Notes: generated from the letters alone by a model not told the origin. 63,060 nucleotides of DNA, filler included, from Octopus bimaculoides (GCF_001194135.2; 5 parts of 3 records of this genome joined end to end with filler, not necessarily neighbours in it), one strand, 5' to 3'; numbered from the whole stretch's first letter, positions 1-12,745 are shown. Numbers and translations are program-made.

Positions 1-195
1 AGAGGAAGAGAAAGAGAAAGAGATAGAGTAGCGTCGGAAAATATGAAGTGACGAAAAACTACTTACAATTGGAGACGCTGCGTTCAATCATGTAAAAACA
101 AATAGTAAATGAGTATATGCATATATACGTACAGGTATGTGCATACCGACATCCACCTGTATGTATAGGTGCATATCTGGGTACAGGACATATCT

Positions 196-356
196 ACTAC
201 ACTCTCGGAGTGGTTGGCGTTAGGAAGGGCATCCAGCTGTAGAAACTCTGCCAAATCAGATTGGATCCTGGTGTAGCCATCTGGTTTCACCAGTCCTCAG
301 TCAAATCGTCCGACCCATGCTAGCATGGAAAGCAGACGTTAAACGATGATGATGAT
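196..356 (+). mobile_element. RTE-type LINE 3'UTR/tail copy (family B1), 5'-truncated, (GAT)n tail
   Basis: Sequence ctacactctcggagtggttggcgttaggaagggcatccagctgtagaaactctgccaaatcag...gacgttaaacgatgatgat is shared at high identity with copies at ~9930-10172, ~19495-19790(-), ~39187-39375 and ~43185-43333. Confidence 0.85.
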
Positions 357-1200
357 ATATATGCATTATATTATATTGTATTATATTATACTATATTATA
401 TTATATTATATTTTATTATATTATACTATATTATATTATATTATATTATATTATATATATATTATATGCTCAGGAGAAAAATTCGAATTGTGGGTACAAA
501 CTTGTCCAAAGCTGTTTTACAGACAAGGCCTTATTGCCTTTGTTACTTATTTTTCTATTTTGCTCTTTGTTCTTTGAGAAGAACCCTAACTTCAAGCTAC
601 TTTCCATCAATCACTTTTTACGCACTGTTTCCTAAACCTGAGAAAAGTAAGTAGTGGTACAAAATTTGATTTTACACCCCACAAAAATTTTAGGGATTGC
701 ACTTGCAGCCCCTGCACCACCTGTTCGTGATCTCATAAATACATATATATTATATATACACATATACACTTTCCCCATTTTTCTTTCTCTATTTGTTCAC
801 TCGTTTTATTCATATCTTATACAAAGTACACATGTATGTGCATGTGTATGTGTGTGCGTGTGTGTGTATGTGTGCATATATATGTGTGCATATATATGTG
901 TGCAATAGCTGCAATCTCTACTTTCTAGTCAACAGCTGATGAAGGAGTGTTCACCCTGCAGTGTAAGTTTTAATGTAAAGTATAATAATAGCAAATGTTG
1001 AGACTTAACAAACAGGATGCAGAAATTACTACTTGAATACAAATCTATTGAAGTATAAAACGTATAACAATTAACATCAAGCAGTAACAGAATAAGCTAA
1101 TAATATTCAGAATTTTCTTAATGCTTGGTCTTGAAGAAAAAAGCTCTGAAGTTAACATTAAAAAATTATTTAAAAATCAACTTGCAAAAATAATAATTCT

Positions 1201-1538
1201 TTTCTACTCTAGGCACAAGGCCCGAAATTTTTGGGGAGGGGGCCAGTCGATAAGATCGACCTCAGTACGCAACTGGTACTTAATTTGAACCCGGAAGGAT
1301 GAAAGGCAAAGTCGACCTCGGTGGAACTTGAACTCAGAACGTAAAGACAGACGAAATACCGCTAAGCATTTCACCCGGCGTGCTAATGTTTCTTATTTCT
1401 TTATTGCCCACAAGAGGCAAACATAGAGGGGACAAACAAGGACAGGCAAAGGGATTAAGTCGATTACATCGACCCCAGTGCATAACTGGTACTTAATTTA
1501 TTGACCCCGAAAGGATGAAAGGCAAAGTCGACCTCGGC
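1201..1538 (-). mobile_element. Two adjacent or nested tRNA-derived SINE copies (family C)
   Basis: Reverse complement has B-box-like gagttcaaattcc followed by the conserved core gccgaggtcgactttgcctttcatcctttcggggtcgataaattaagtaccag. The second copy runs into a gap. Confidence 0.85.
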
Positions 1539-1988
1539 NNNNNNNNNNNNNNNNNNNNNNNNNNNNNNNNNNNNNNNNNNNNNNNNNNNNNNNNNNNNNN
1601 NNNNNNNNNNNNNNNNNNNNNNNNNNNNNNNNNNNNNNNNNNNNNNNNNNNNNNNNNNNNNNNNNNNNNNNNNNNNNNNNNNNNNNNNNNNNNNNNNNNN
1701 NNNNNNNNNNNNNNNNNNNNNNNNNNNNNNNNNNNNNNNNNNNNNNNNNNNNNNNNNNNNNNNNNNNNNNNNNNNNNNNNNNNNNNNNNNNNNNNNNNNN
1801 NNNNNNNNNNNNNNNNNNNNNNNNNNNNNNNNNNNNNNNNNNNNNNNNNNNNNNNNNNNNNNNNNNNNNNNNNNNNNNNNNNNNNNNNNNNNNNNNNNNN
1901 NNNNNNNNNNNNNNNNNNNNNNNNNNNNNNNNNNNNNNNNNNNNNNNNNNNNNNNNNNNNNNNNNNNNNNNNNNNNNNNNNNNNNNNN

Positions 1989-2365
1989 TACATCGATTCC
2001 TGTACTCAACTGGTACTTATTTTATTGACCCCAAAAGGATAAAAGGCAAAGTCAACCTTGGCAGAATTTGAACTCAGAACTTAAAATCAAGTGAAATGCC
2101 ACTAAACTATTGATGCTATTGATTCTGTCAAATCCTTAATAATAGATTAAATATTGGTTTAAAATCTTGGCACAAGGTCATTAGTTTCAGAATAGGGCTA
2201 AGTCTATTACATCGATTCCTGTACTCAACTGGTACTTATTTTATTGACCCCAAAAGGATAAAAGTCAAAGTCAACCTTGGCAGAATTTGAACTCAGAATG
2301 TACAGACAGATGAAATGTTTCTAAACATTTTATTTTGCATGCTAACGATTCTGCCAGCTCACTAT
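1989..2365 (-). mobile_element. Family C SINE fragments
   Basis: Same core (actggtacttattttattgacccc...aaagtcaaccttggcagaatttgaactcagaa) occurs twice. Confidence 0.75.
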
Positions 2366-2619
2366 CTTAATAAAAGATTAAATATTAAAACCTCATCTAT
2401 GTTTCTAATTCATAAAGGTTTGGAAGAAGTGATAGATTCTGGCTTCAGATTCAGCCCGACTGCAGGGCACCTTGGGCAAGTGTCTTCTCTTTTAGCCACA
2501 GTCAGACCAATGGCTTTTGAGTGAAATTGGTGGATGAAAAATGAGATGAAGCCCATTACTTATAAATATATGTGTATGTATACATATGTGTGCATATGTA
2601 TGTATGTATATGACAAAGG

Positions 2620-2999
2620 GGAGACGCAATGGCCCAGTGGTTAGGGCAGCGGACTCGCAGTCATAGGATCGCGGTTTCGATTCCCAGATTGGGCGTTGTG
2701 AGTGTTTATTGAGCGAAAACACCTAAGGTTCCACGAGGCTCTGGCAGGTGATGGTGGCGAACCCTGCTGTATTCTTTCACCACAACTTTCTCTCACTCTT
2801 ACTTCCTGTTTCTGTTGTGCCTGTAATTCAAAGAGTCGGCCTTGTCACACTGTGTCACGCTGAATATCCCCGAGAACTACGTTAAGGGTACACGTGTCTG
2901 TGGAGTGCTCAGCCACTTGCACGTTAATTTCATGAGCAGGCTGTTCCATTGATCGGATCAACTGGAACCCTTGACGTCGTAAGCGACGGAGTGCTAACA
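2620..2999 (+). mobile_element. Complete tRNA-derived SINE (family E, tRNA-Arg-like head) with 12-bp target site duplication
   Basis: A-box tggcccagtgg, B-box ggtttcgattccc, anticodon-like loop gactcgcagtc, (aac) end. TSD atatgacaaagg at 2608-2619 and 3000-3011. A degenerate partial copy lies at ~18372-18485. Confidence 0.85.
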
Positions 3000-3109
3000 A
3001 TATGACAAAGGACTGAGATAACCTGGCACCTTGCTGTACTCAAGAAGACTCTACAGCAGAAGTGTTAAGGTTTCATTCCTTGATGAAGAGGATTGGCCTG
3101 CAAAAGTCT

Positions 3110-3310
3110 TGAGCTGGTGCCATGTTAAAAGAACCTAGCACACACTATAAAATGGTTGGTGTTAGGAAGGACATTCAGCCATAGAAATCAAGCCAAATGA
3201 GACTGGAACCTGGTGCAGCTATCTGGCTTGCCAGCTCTGGCCAAATTGTCCAACTCATGACAACATGGAAAATGGACTTTAAATGAAGATGACGATGGTG
3301 ATGATGATGT
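3110..3310 (+). mobile_element. RTE LINE 3'UTR copy (older subfamily B2)
   Basis: gttaggaaggacattcagccatagaaatcaagccaaatgagactggaacctggtgcag...catggaaaatggac followed by a (gat)-like tail. Confidence 0.75.
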
Positions 3311-3335
3311 GTATATATGTATGTATGTGTGTGTG

Positions 3336-3366
<31 letters not shown>

Positions 3367-3957
3367 ATAGAGTGTTTGAAGTGGTGTACAAATATTGTAT
3401 ATTAAAAAGAAGGCAATCAGAATTTTGGTTAATTCTTTATTAGCGCTTTCATCCGTTCAATCAAACTCTTCAAGATCTTAAAAAGTTTGAATGAATGGAA
3501 AAAAGTGCTATTAAAGAATTATTCAAAACTCTGACTGCCTGCTTCTTCTTAATATATATATAAGTATGTATGTGTGTATAGGTATATATGAAGAGCTTAC
3601 TTTCAAAATCAGATATATGCATTTTAATAAATTTTTACTTCAAAATTAGAAAACCTATCAAGCGAAAGAAGACAATTCACCTGGCCATAAATTTTTCACA
3701 GGAATATTTCTTCAACTATCACTGGCGTTCTTGTGTTTCTAAAAAACATTCTTTGCAGAGAACAGTTATTGTTTAGAGAAACTGAAGATATGTCTAGTGC
3801 ATGCTAGATATGAAACCAATGGGTTTTTTTCTAAAACTGTTAATTTACATACAGAAATAAACAACTCCTCTATATTTTATAGGGAATGCTCTTTTTCTGA
3901 TTCCTGATCTTATAATGAAGATATATATATTGTGTGTATATATATATATATATATAT

Positions 3958-4275
3958 ATACATGGGCTGTGACTGCTGAGGACATGCGTAAGCTCGCAAG
4001 GAATGAAGCCAGTATGCTCCGCTGGATGTGTAATGTAAATGTGCTGTGCGTGAGAAGACCCGGCAAGCCAAGTGAGATCATTGCCAGTGCCCCTGGACTG
4101 GCTCTTGTGCGGGTGGCACATAAAATGTACCATCCTGAGTGTGACCATTGCCAGTACCGCCTGACTGGCCTTGTAGGGTTTTCGAGCGAGATCGTTGCCA
4201 GTGCCCCTAGACTGGCTCTTGTGCGGGTGGCACATAAAAGACACCATTTCGAGCGTGGCCGTTTTCGTGCGGGTG
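3958..4275 (+). pseudogene. RTE LINE fragment: RT C-terminal coding piece fused to 3'UTR repeats
   Basis: Translation TWAVTAEDMRKLARNEASMLRWMCNV is RTE RT-thumb-like. It is followed by gcgggtggcacataaaagacaccatttcgagcgtggcc, which links family B tails to an RTE LINE. Confidence 0.75.
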
Positions 4276-4727
4276 NNNNNNNNNNNNNNNNNNNNNNNNN
4301 NNNNNNNNNNNNNNNNNNNNNNNNNNNNNNNNNNNNNNNNNNNNNNNNNNNNNNNNNNNNNNNNNNNNNNNNNNNNNNNNNNNNNNNNNNNNNNNNNNNN
4401 NNNNNNNNNNNNNNNNNNNNNNNNNNNNNNNNNNNNNNNNNNNNNNNNNNNNNNNNNNNNNNNNNNNNNNNNNNNNNNNNNNNNNNNNNNNNNNNNNNNN
4501 NNNNNNNNNNNNNNNNNNNNNNNNNNNNNNNNNNNNNNNNNNNNNNNNNNNNNNNNNNNNNNNNNNNNNNNNNNNNNNNNNNNNNNNNNNNNNNNNNNNN
4601 NNNNNNNNNNNNNNNNNNNNNNNNNNNNNNNNNNNNNNNNNNNNNNNNNNNNNNNNNNNNNNNNNNNNNNNNNNNNNNNNNNNNNNNNNNNNNNNNNNNN
4701 NNNNNNNNNNNNNNNNNNNNNNNNNNN

Positions 4728-4771
<44 letters not shown>

Positions 4772-6229
4772 GTGTGTGTGTGTGTGTGTATCTATGTATG
4801 TCTGGTATTTATAGAGTATTAAACACTTTCGGTATGCAAATTAGGGACGCCTTCATAGAGTAACTGCTGCATTTATTAAGTATATAAACAGTTTGGCTGT
4901 TTGTTTCTCTGGAGACTGATGTGGATACCTCTGATGAGAGCCCACATTTCTTTTAGTCTCTAAAATTTGCCCTGTCTATAATTATGCCATATGTTACATA
5001 TATATATATAAGTTTGTGTCCTACCACTATTTGGCAACCAGTGTCTGTTTGTTTATGTCCCCATAGAATAAGACTTAAAAAATATATATTGATGTTAATT
5101 TGTTCATCTAAATCCATGAAGACAGTGCCCCAGCATAGTCACAATCCACTGACTGAAATGAGTAAAAATATAAATGAAATAAAACTAGAATAAAGTCATG
5201 CTTTCAATACATGTGTGTGTGTAGCTGGCCCATATTTGAGGTTGGATAAAAAGGTGGGTCTCTTCAACCTAAGGTATAGTTAATTGATGCATAGTTGGGA
5301 GTTTCATTCTATTATCTATTTTTAATTAGGAGGCTAGAGATTTAGTTACATCTTTATGACCAGGTTATATTTATTTTAGGGCTTGTCTTTTATCAGCACT
5401 AGTAATGTTATCTTAGAAATGTCTGCGTGTGTGTTGTATTAACTAAATCATAAAAGCATATTTTTTTTTTTTTTGCTGTGTTTGATAATATGTAAAAGTC
5501 TGTAATGGATTTCATGTGTTCATTTAAAGTGTTTCAGAAGCTATTAGTGTTATGCTTGTATCTTATCTTTTCATCAGGTTGATAAGATTGACACTGGCAA
5601 AACTAGAATGTGTGCTGCCCAGAGAATCCATTGAGTCGGCTGATCCCCACCCTCTTAACTCCTGTACATGCTTATACAACTGACACAAAAGTGCTGTCTA
5701 CATAAAAGTATCACCTAGGGCAGACTGTCCCCATCTCCTCCTGCCATCAGCTAAGCTACTGAAGATTGGTTTCAAAATTTCCATTGCCCTAAGTCCTTTT
5801 TATTCAAAACTTTTTATCTAAAACTTGCTTTTTATACTTGATCTATTGTCTATAGTTGATCTAGTAACAGCAAACAACAACCCTGACAATATTTGACCAC
5901 AAAATTCATGAAAACAGAATTAATTACTGGGGAAAAAATAAATAAAACCATTTAGTTCACTGATTTATTCATTCTACTACTCCATAATTTTCAAATTTTT
6001 CACTACTATTGTAGACATTTCAAGAGAGCTGAAGAATTGTAGAAATAGTAAAACATGACAGTGAACCCAATGCTGTTCAGTTTCATCCTTTTATGTCTGT
6101 AACACAGGATATTCATGAATTACCTTTGCAATTTGAAAACTTCAGAAAAATATGAAAAGTTAGGATAATTCAGCAAAGTTTACTAGAAAATACAGGCAAA
6201 CAAATAAAGTTTTATTTGAAACATCAGAA

Positions 6230-6665
6230 CACTCCTGTGTGGATTTCATTGGTTGTCTGCAACACATCTAGATTATGCTCAGTTTTTGACCATGTACATG
6301 GGCACATTCCCCTCATCACTGTTGGATATGGTTTGGCATATTTTTTCTTGAGATAATTGAGGTCTTGAATTTTTGTACGGTAGACTTTGCTTTTAATTTA
6401 CCTCCCAAAGAAGTCTAAGGAGACTATATCTGGTGACCTAGGTGGCCAGTTGTACTGCCTCTTCCAATCCACCGGTTTGGGAAAGTTTCTCTCAGAAACT
6501 CTCAAATACTGATAGTGTGCCAATGGGCTGGCACACTATCTTGTTGGAAAATAACTGCTGCTTCCAAGTGGTGCAACTGTGGTATTTTAAATTCTTGTAA
6601 ATGACCTAAGTATGTGTTGGAAGTAATCATTGCAAAGATAATTTATGAATACCCAGTATACTGTA
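6230..6665 (-). mobile_element. Tc1/mariner transposase relic (rosa/DD41D-like C-terminus)
   Basis: Minus-strand translation across frameshifts: VIFQQDSVPAHW...FPNRWIGRG...WPPRSPDIVSLDFF..IKSKVY. Confidence 0.8.
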
Positions 6666-7333
6666 AATTCTTAGCAGCTCAGCTTTCCTCCACATTCTTT
6701 AATTGTTTTTTAAAATAAATAATAATGATATACTGGGATCAATTCAATATACTCTTCCCCTATAAACTTATGGCTTTGTGTGAAGAAGTCATTATCATAG
6801 TTACTTCACCTCTCTGTCACAATAGTTCTTTCTGTTATAGGCACAAAGCCTGAAATTTTTGTGGAAGGGATCTAGTTGAATTTGAACTCAGAATGTAAAA
6901 TAGAAAGAAATACTACTAAGTATTTTGTCCTGCAAATCAATGATTTTGCCAGCTCACCATTTTACTCCCTGTCACAATAACGTGCCAAGTAAAAGAGGTT
7001 GTTGATACATCAGAGAAACAAATTGATATCTTTGTTTCAGTGTAATTAGTACTATTAATGCCATCAGAATAGATATAATTGATAAAAAATGCGAATTTCT
7101 TTTTTTAGCCTTTTTAGAATTATTGAACAACATGCCATCTAAAACAAAAAGTCACATGTTAGGTGGGGGTGCATGTGCATGTAAAATGAACAAAGTTATG
7201 CAGTGTTAAATTCTCACTGAGCTATGAATGGCCTGGTTTTGAATCATAATTAGAACAATTTCAGTTATGTTGTTAATTCCCCTGATAGCGTGATTCAGTT
7301 CCTAACTCCCATGCAACCTTAAAATCAATATAT

Positions 7334-7337
<4 letters not shown>

Positions 7338-7385
<48 letters not shown>
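7338..7385. repeat. (CA)n microsatellite
   Basis: Direct reading. Confidence 0.95.
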
Positions 7386-7391
<6 letters not shown>

Positions 7392-7959
7392 ATATACATA
7401 CTTACAAACTTACATGCATGCATGCATGAACACATGTACATACATACATGCATGCTAAACTACAAAATTCATTTGGTGAGGCAGAAATAACTATAGATGA
7501 TTGATACCAAAACTTGTGCATAACATTTTGCTTTTAATTATTAATTCATAACATTTGACATAAGGCTTTTAGTTTGGGATAGAATATAGTCACTTAAATT
7601 GTTTCTAGTTCTTAATGGTTAGTTTATTTTATTGAATCTAGTAGAAAAAAAAATGCAGCATTTGAAATCAGAATGCAAAAATCACCACTAAATACCAAAA
7701 GGTACTTATACTAACATTAATGATCCACAACTATTTAATAACTAAGTACAAAGAAGAGAGGTTGTACCTTTAGCATCTTTATGCTTGTGAGGTCAATGGA
7801 GTTGATGTTCATATTGAATATTTGCAAGTTGATTTCTAAAGTATGGAAATGGGCAAGAAAGACAATAAAAATAGATGCAGATGCTTCAGATGAATTTAGG
7901 TGAGAGTGATATAAGACTTGCTTGATCAGAATAGCAAAAGCTTGATGGTACCATGTTAA

Positions 7960-8135
7960 AAGCACCCAGTACACTCTGTAAAGTGGTTGGCATTAGGGAG
8001 GGCATCCAGCTCTAGAAAATAAGCCAAAACAGACTATGGAAACTGGTGTGGACCCTAAGCTTGCCAGCTCTTGTCAAACCATCCAGCCCATGCCAGCATG
8101 GAAAGAAGATGACGATGACAACGATGATGGTGATG
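7960..8135 (+). mobile_element. RTE LINE 3'UTR copy (B2)
   Basis: aaaagcacccagtacactctgtaaagtggttggcattagggagggcatccagc...catgccagcatggaaag followed by a (gat) tail. Confidence 0.8.
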
Positions 8136-8299
8136 GTTTCAGTAATCGAAAATTAATTATAATAGAAGGAAAAGACAGTACATTGGCAGGGTACTCTTGT
8201 ACTTTTTAAATGCATACACACACTCGCAGACAGACAGACACATGCATACACACACACCACACATACACACACACATGCACACACACGCATGCACACGCG

Positions 8300-8332
<33 letters not shown>

Positions 8333-8367
8333 GTACAGCTTATGCCAGCAAGGAAAATGAATGTTGA

Positions 8368-8411
<44 letters not shown>

Positions 8412-8477
8412 AATGTTGATGATGATATATAAGTATACACAAGGTTTTAGATGACTTGGGATTATAATAGAAGGCAC

Positions 8478-8753
8478 TTGTTGCCAAGTTGTGATGCAGT
8501 TGCCTAGGTGTGATGTAGTTGCCAAGGTGTGATACAGTTGCCAAGGTGTGATGCAGTTGCCTAAGTGCGATGCAGTTGCCAAGGTGTGATACAGTTGCCA
8601 AGGTGCGATGCAGTTGCCTAGGTGTGATGTAGTTGTCAAGGTGTGATGTTGCCAAGGTATGATGCCAAGGTGTGTTGCCAAGATGTGATGTCATGGTGTG
8701 ATGCACTTGTTGCCAAGGTGTGATACAGATACTTGTTGCCAAGGTGTGATGCA
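8478..8753. repeat. 19-bp minisatellite (gttgccaaggtgtgatgca)n, about 14 units, inside a family A SINE head on the minus strand
   Basis: Direct reading of the units. Both flanks reverse-complement to the family A SINE head (tggctgcatggttaagaa...; caagtgccttctattata). Confidence 0.9.
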
Positions 8754-9164
8754 ACCTCGTTGTTGGGAAGCAAATTTCTTAACCATGCAGCCATTTGTAT
8801 TTTTAAAAATTGATTGAAAGAAAAATAAAGTTTACCCTGTGAAATTTGATTTCATCTATGTAAAATGATGATCTAGATTAGAGTTCCATAAACCATTCCA
8901 GGAAGTAATTTTATTTAATTAAATATTTCTTGGTTCACTACACTGAGTATATTAGCACTAACTATATTACATAATCAGTTTGGCTTTGTGTATTCAACAT
9001 CAACATGCCCAAAACTCATAACATTCAAATTATGGTTTGACACTGAGCAAATCATCTCTCTTCTTATTTCCATATATGGTGATGGTTTTTTTTTTTTTGC
9101 TTTCTCCGTAAATTTTTGTCATGCTTAGTGGCAAGACAGGACATCGTCTATTAGAGTGATAACA

Positions 9165-9345
9165 AAACTTTACAGTAGACAAAATGGGAAAGGTGTTACT
9201 CCAGAAGATGGCAAGGCAGATGCGCTGGAACAGCCACTCTGACTCATGGGGCTTGCACTTGCAGATAGTCATCTCTGCCCTGATAGCAGTGAGCAGGTAT
9301 ATAGTCTGGGAGCGGAGATCATTGGAGGTCTCCACTGCCACGGGC
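9165..9345 (-). pseudogene. CRE-like (RLE endonuclease) non-LTR retrotransposon C-terminal fragment
   Basis: PVAVETSN...EWLFQRICLAIFWSNTFPILST resembles the CRE-clade end motif PFAVET...FLFQRISIAIQRGNAASILGT. Confidence 0.5.
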
Positions 9346-9929
9346 TCAACTATAAGTCTATTATTGATTTCTAACATAAGCATAAGGCAACAAAACTGGA
9401 GAGAAGGATATCATCTCCAGTACTTCAGTGGTCTTTATGTTATTGATTCTGGAAAGATGAAACTCAAAGTCAACTCTGGCAAGATTTGGACTCACAATGT
9501 AAAAAGGTGTAATTAAAATACTACAAGGCATTTGGTCCAACGTTATCTCTGCCATTTCCATCTTTTTTGACAAGATATAATATTGAAAAGATGATGTTTA
9601 AGTCATATATTCTTAATCTTCATAAATGTCTGTGGACATCTTATATGTATATGCATAATTTCCAGTGAGTTTCTATGCTATGGAAGGGATAAAGAGGGAG
9701 GCATAGAGAGAGAGAGAGTAATAACAAAAGTAGCAGAGATGTAAAGAGAATAAAGAGAATAATGAGGTAGTTAAAATGATTGACACCTCCTACTTGCAAT
9801 ATCCAGTCTTCATATTCTAGTATTATATTCTATGAGGCTAATAGCAGTTGAAGTAGAATGTTTGGCGGTGGGAAAGACAAAAAATGGAAATGGCTGTATC
9901 ACTCATTATTAAATATTCTTTTCTACTCT

Positions 9930-10172
9930 GCGGGTGGCACATAAAAGACACCATTTCGAGCGTGGCCATTTTCATGCGGGTGACACGTAAAAGCACCCAC
10001 TACACTCTCTGAGTGGTTGGCGTTAGGAAGGGCATCCAGCTGTAGAAACTCTGCCAAATTAGACTGGAGCCTGGTGTTGCCATCCGGTTTCACCAGTCCT
10101 CAGTCAAATTGTCCAACCCATGCTAGCATGGAAAGCGAACGTTAAACGACGATGATGATGATGATGATGATG
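9930..10172 (+). mobile_element. RTE LINE 3'UTR copy (B1), young, (GAT)n tail
   Basis: Near-identical to the other B1 copies. Confidence 0.9.
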
Positions 10173-10378
10173 ACTCTAGGCACAAGGCTTGAAACTTTTG
10201 AGGAGGGGACCAGTTGATTAGATTGACCCCGGTATGCAACTGGTACTTAATTTATCCACCCCAAAAGGATGAAAGGCAAAGTCGACCTCCGTGGAATTTG
10301 AACTCAGAATGTCAAGACAGACAAAATGCCACTAAGCATTTCACCCGGTGTGTTAACATTTCTGCCAGCTCGCTGCCT
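10173..10378 (-). mobile_element. Family C SINE, nearly full length
   Basis: Head ggcagcgagctggcagaaatgttaacacacc on the minus strand, B-box, conserved core and ctaggcacaagg end. It abuts the RTE (gat) tail. Confidence 0.85.
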
Positions 10379-12371
10379 TACTCACTACTAAATATTGCAA
10401 AGAAATTTTCTCAACCCAGTAATGAATCAGCTAATCCATTGCACTCTGAGATAATGAAATATTTGTACTATTCTTCATTGTTTCTTTTATCATTTTAACA
10501 GAAGGAGATCTTGCGTACAATTCATGGCAGTGATATGCAATGTTAGTTCTAGATTCTCTCCTGAGGATTTATCATTCTGATTCAGTGGCAAAATATGATA
10601 ACTGTCAACAATCTGCTAAATTCAATATGTCGTTTCAATGCAATTTTAATCAATTTAGTTTCATTTATTTCACTCACAAAATGACAACAATGTACAAGTA
10701 AACAAAGCAGAGAATAAAACATTTATTAAAGACCAAAGTTGGTGGCAGCACATTAAGGACCCTTGTGATTCTTATAACTCAACAACAATAACAACAGCAA
10801 ATAAAATAAAATGATGATGATGATGATGATGACGGCAATAATAACAATGTTTAAATTTTGGCACAAGGCTAGTAATTTTAAAGGGAGGGGACCAGTTGAT
10901 CATACCAAACCCAGTATTTGATTGGTACTAAAGGTTATTAGCCCTAAGGAAATGAAAGGTAAAATGAAGCTCAGTAGCAGAAAAGAGTTGGAAGAAAAGC
11001 TGTTTAGTATTTTGCCTAGGGAAGTAATGGTTCAATCAGTTGCTGCCTTAATAACAACAACAACAATGACGACAACAGCAACGACAATGATGATGATGGT
11101 GATGACGACGATGACGATGACGATGAAGATCATCATCATTATCATCATTGTCGTTCCTGTTGATTTCAACATGAATGTTTGAAGGAGAGGATTAAAAAAA
11201 AATAATCATAAATAAATAGCTAGATAAATGAAAATGAGTTAGGCAAACGTTAATGCTTCGTTAAAATCCTATGCTTCAACATATTAAGTAAAATATTGAA
11301 ATTCATTGTAAAGTTTACTCTCTCATAACAAAATGTTGAGTCATCGAGCAGAAGAATACAAGATTTAGCATGGTATTGCTCCAAATGTTGTGTACCAAGT
11401 AATTCATAATCCATACTGGAAGGGGATTAAAATGGATCAACATAGAGCTAGAAGTGATTTGTGTCCTCCGTCCTTTGTAACTATTGGAAACAATAACTTA
11501 CAGGAATTGGTTTCCAGGTCAGCATATCAAGGCAATGACAAACAACCACGTAATGTGCAAGTTGTTGTTTGTGTTGTTGTTGTTGTTGGTGTTGTTAAGT
11601 CACAGATCTACTCTGACTAAGCAGATTTATTTATCTTAGGTCATATTTTACATCAGCATTTCACTTAGTTGAAAGATCTATTTTAAAATTTCTCTATACC
11701 GTAAAACCTCCTAATATAATAATGAGCATAGCATTTTTATATATTTGCACATATATGTATTTGTACAGAATCACACCGGACATGGAGGAGGAGAGAAGAT
11801 AGTAATTCAGTGAAGGATAAGTAGTGAGAGTAATAGCTCTGATTGAGAGGGAGTGAGAGAAAGTAACAGCAATGAAAGAAAGGAAGATGTAATAGATGAA
11901 TAAGGAAGGGGTGAAAAAAAAAATCAGCGTTTCAACTTTGTGTAAGTATATGTTGTATGTGTGTGTGTGTACTCAGCAAATCACTTTCAAAGATGGCCAG
12001 CAATGCTACTGGGTTATAACTTCAAAATTAAATACAAGTCAATGAGTGAATCTGGTAAAGCTGATCATTAATTGCATTTCCAAGTGAATCAAAAGCTAAA
12101 CTATAATAATGATGTGGTCATTGCTTCCATTTGTATGGATAATAATGTGTAAAATGTTTTATTTATTGTGTCAGAAGATATGGTTGAAGATGCAACAAGA
12201 AAAAATCCTGCCTGATAGTTGGTTTGTAAACCCCAATAAATCTGAGTGTCTGAGTTTTTATTGTACATTATTTTGTAGTATCAAAAAGTTACATAAGTGA
12301 CATTGTTTACTTTCCATGTGATGGATATTTAACCAATATTCTGTGAGTTAGTTATCATTCATAATGCATTT

Positions 12372-12745
12372 TCAGGCATACATGTGGTTAAAGAATTTGC
12401 TTTGCAGCCATATTGTTTCAGGTTCAGTCCCACTGTGTGACACTTTGGGTAAATGCCTTCTGCTTTAGCCATAGGAAACCAATGTTGTATGAGTGAATTT
12501 GGTCAACAAAAACCATGTGGAGGCTCATCCTACATATATATACATGCATGCATGTATGCTTGTTTGTGATGGTCTATTACCACTTGGCAGTCTGTGCAAG
12601 CTTGTAGGTTTGTTTACATCCTCATAACTTAGTGGTTCAACTAAAAAGAGACCAACAGAGTAAGTAGTAGACTTCAAAGAGGTACTGGGTTAATTTGGCA
12701 GACAGAAGGATGTTGTCCACAAGAGGTTGTCCCAGCATAGCTCAG
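12372..12745 (+). mobile_element. Old family A bipartite SINE
   Basis: tRNA-like head (ggttcagtcccactgtgtgacactttggg), short internal TA/TG tract, second half ending cccagcatagctcagc. Confidence 0.7.

Noticed and set aside
1989-2297. Near-identical ~90-bp duplication (1989-2079 and 2207-2297)
   Set aside because: One copy abuts a gap and both are SINE sequence, so misassembly is likely.
2620-2700. tRNA-Arg-like sequence
   Set aside because: It is the head of a SINE with a TSD. The acceptor stem is not intact, so it is not called as a tRNA gene.
8206-8754. 182-aa His/Thr-rich repeat ORF; also considered as a CRISPR-like array
   Set aside because: It is a translation of a spacerless 19-bp tandem repeat plus microsatellites in a eukaryotic SINE. 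There are no spacers or cas genes.
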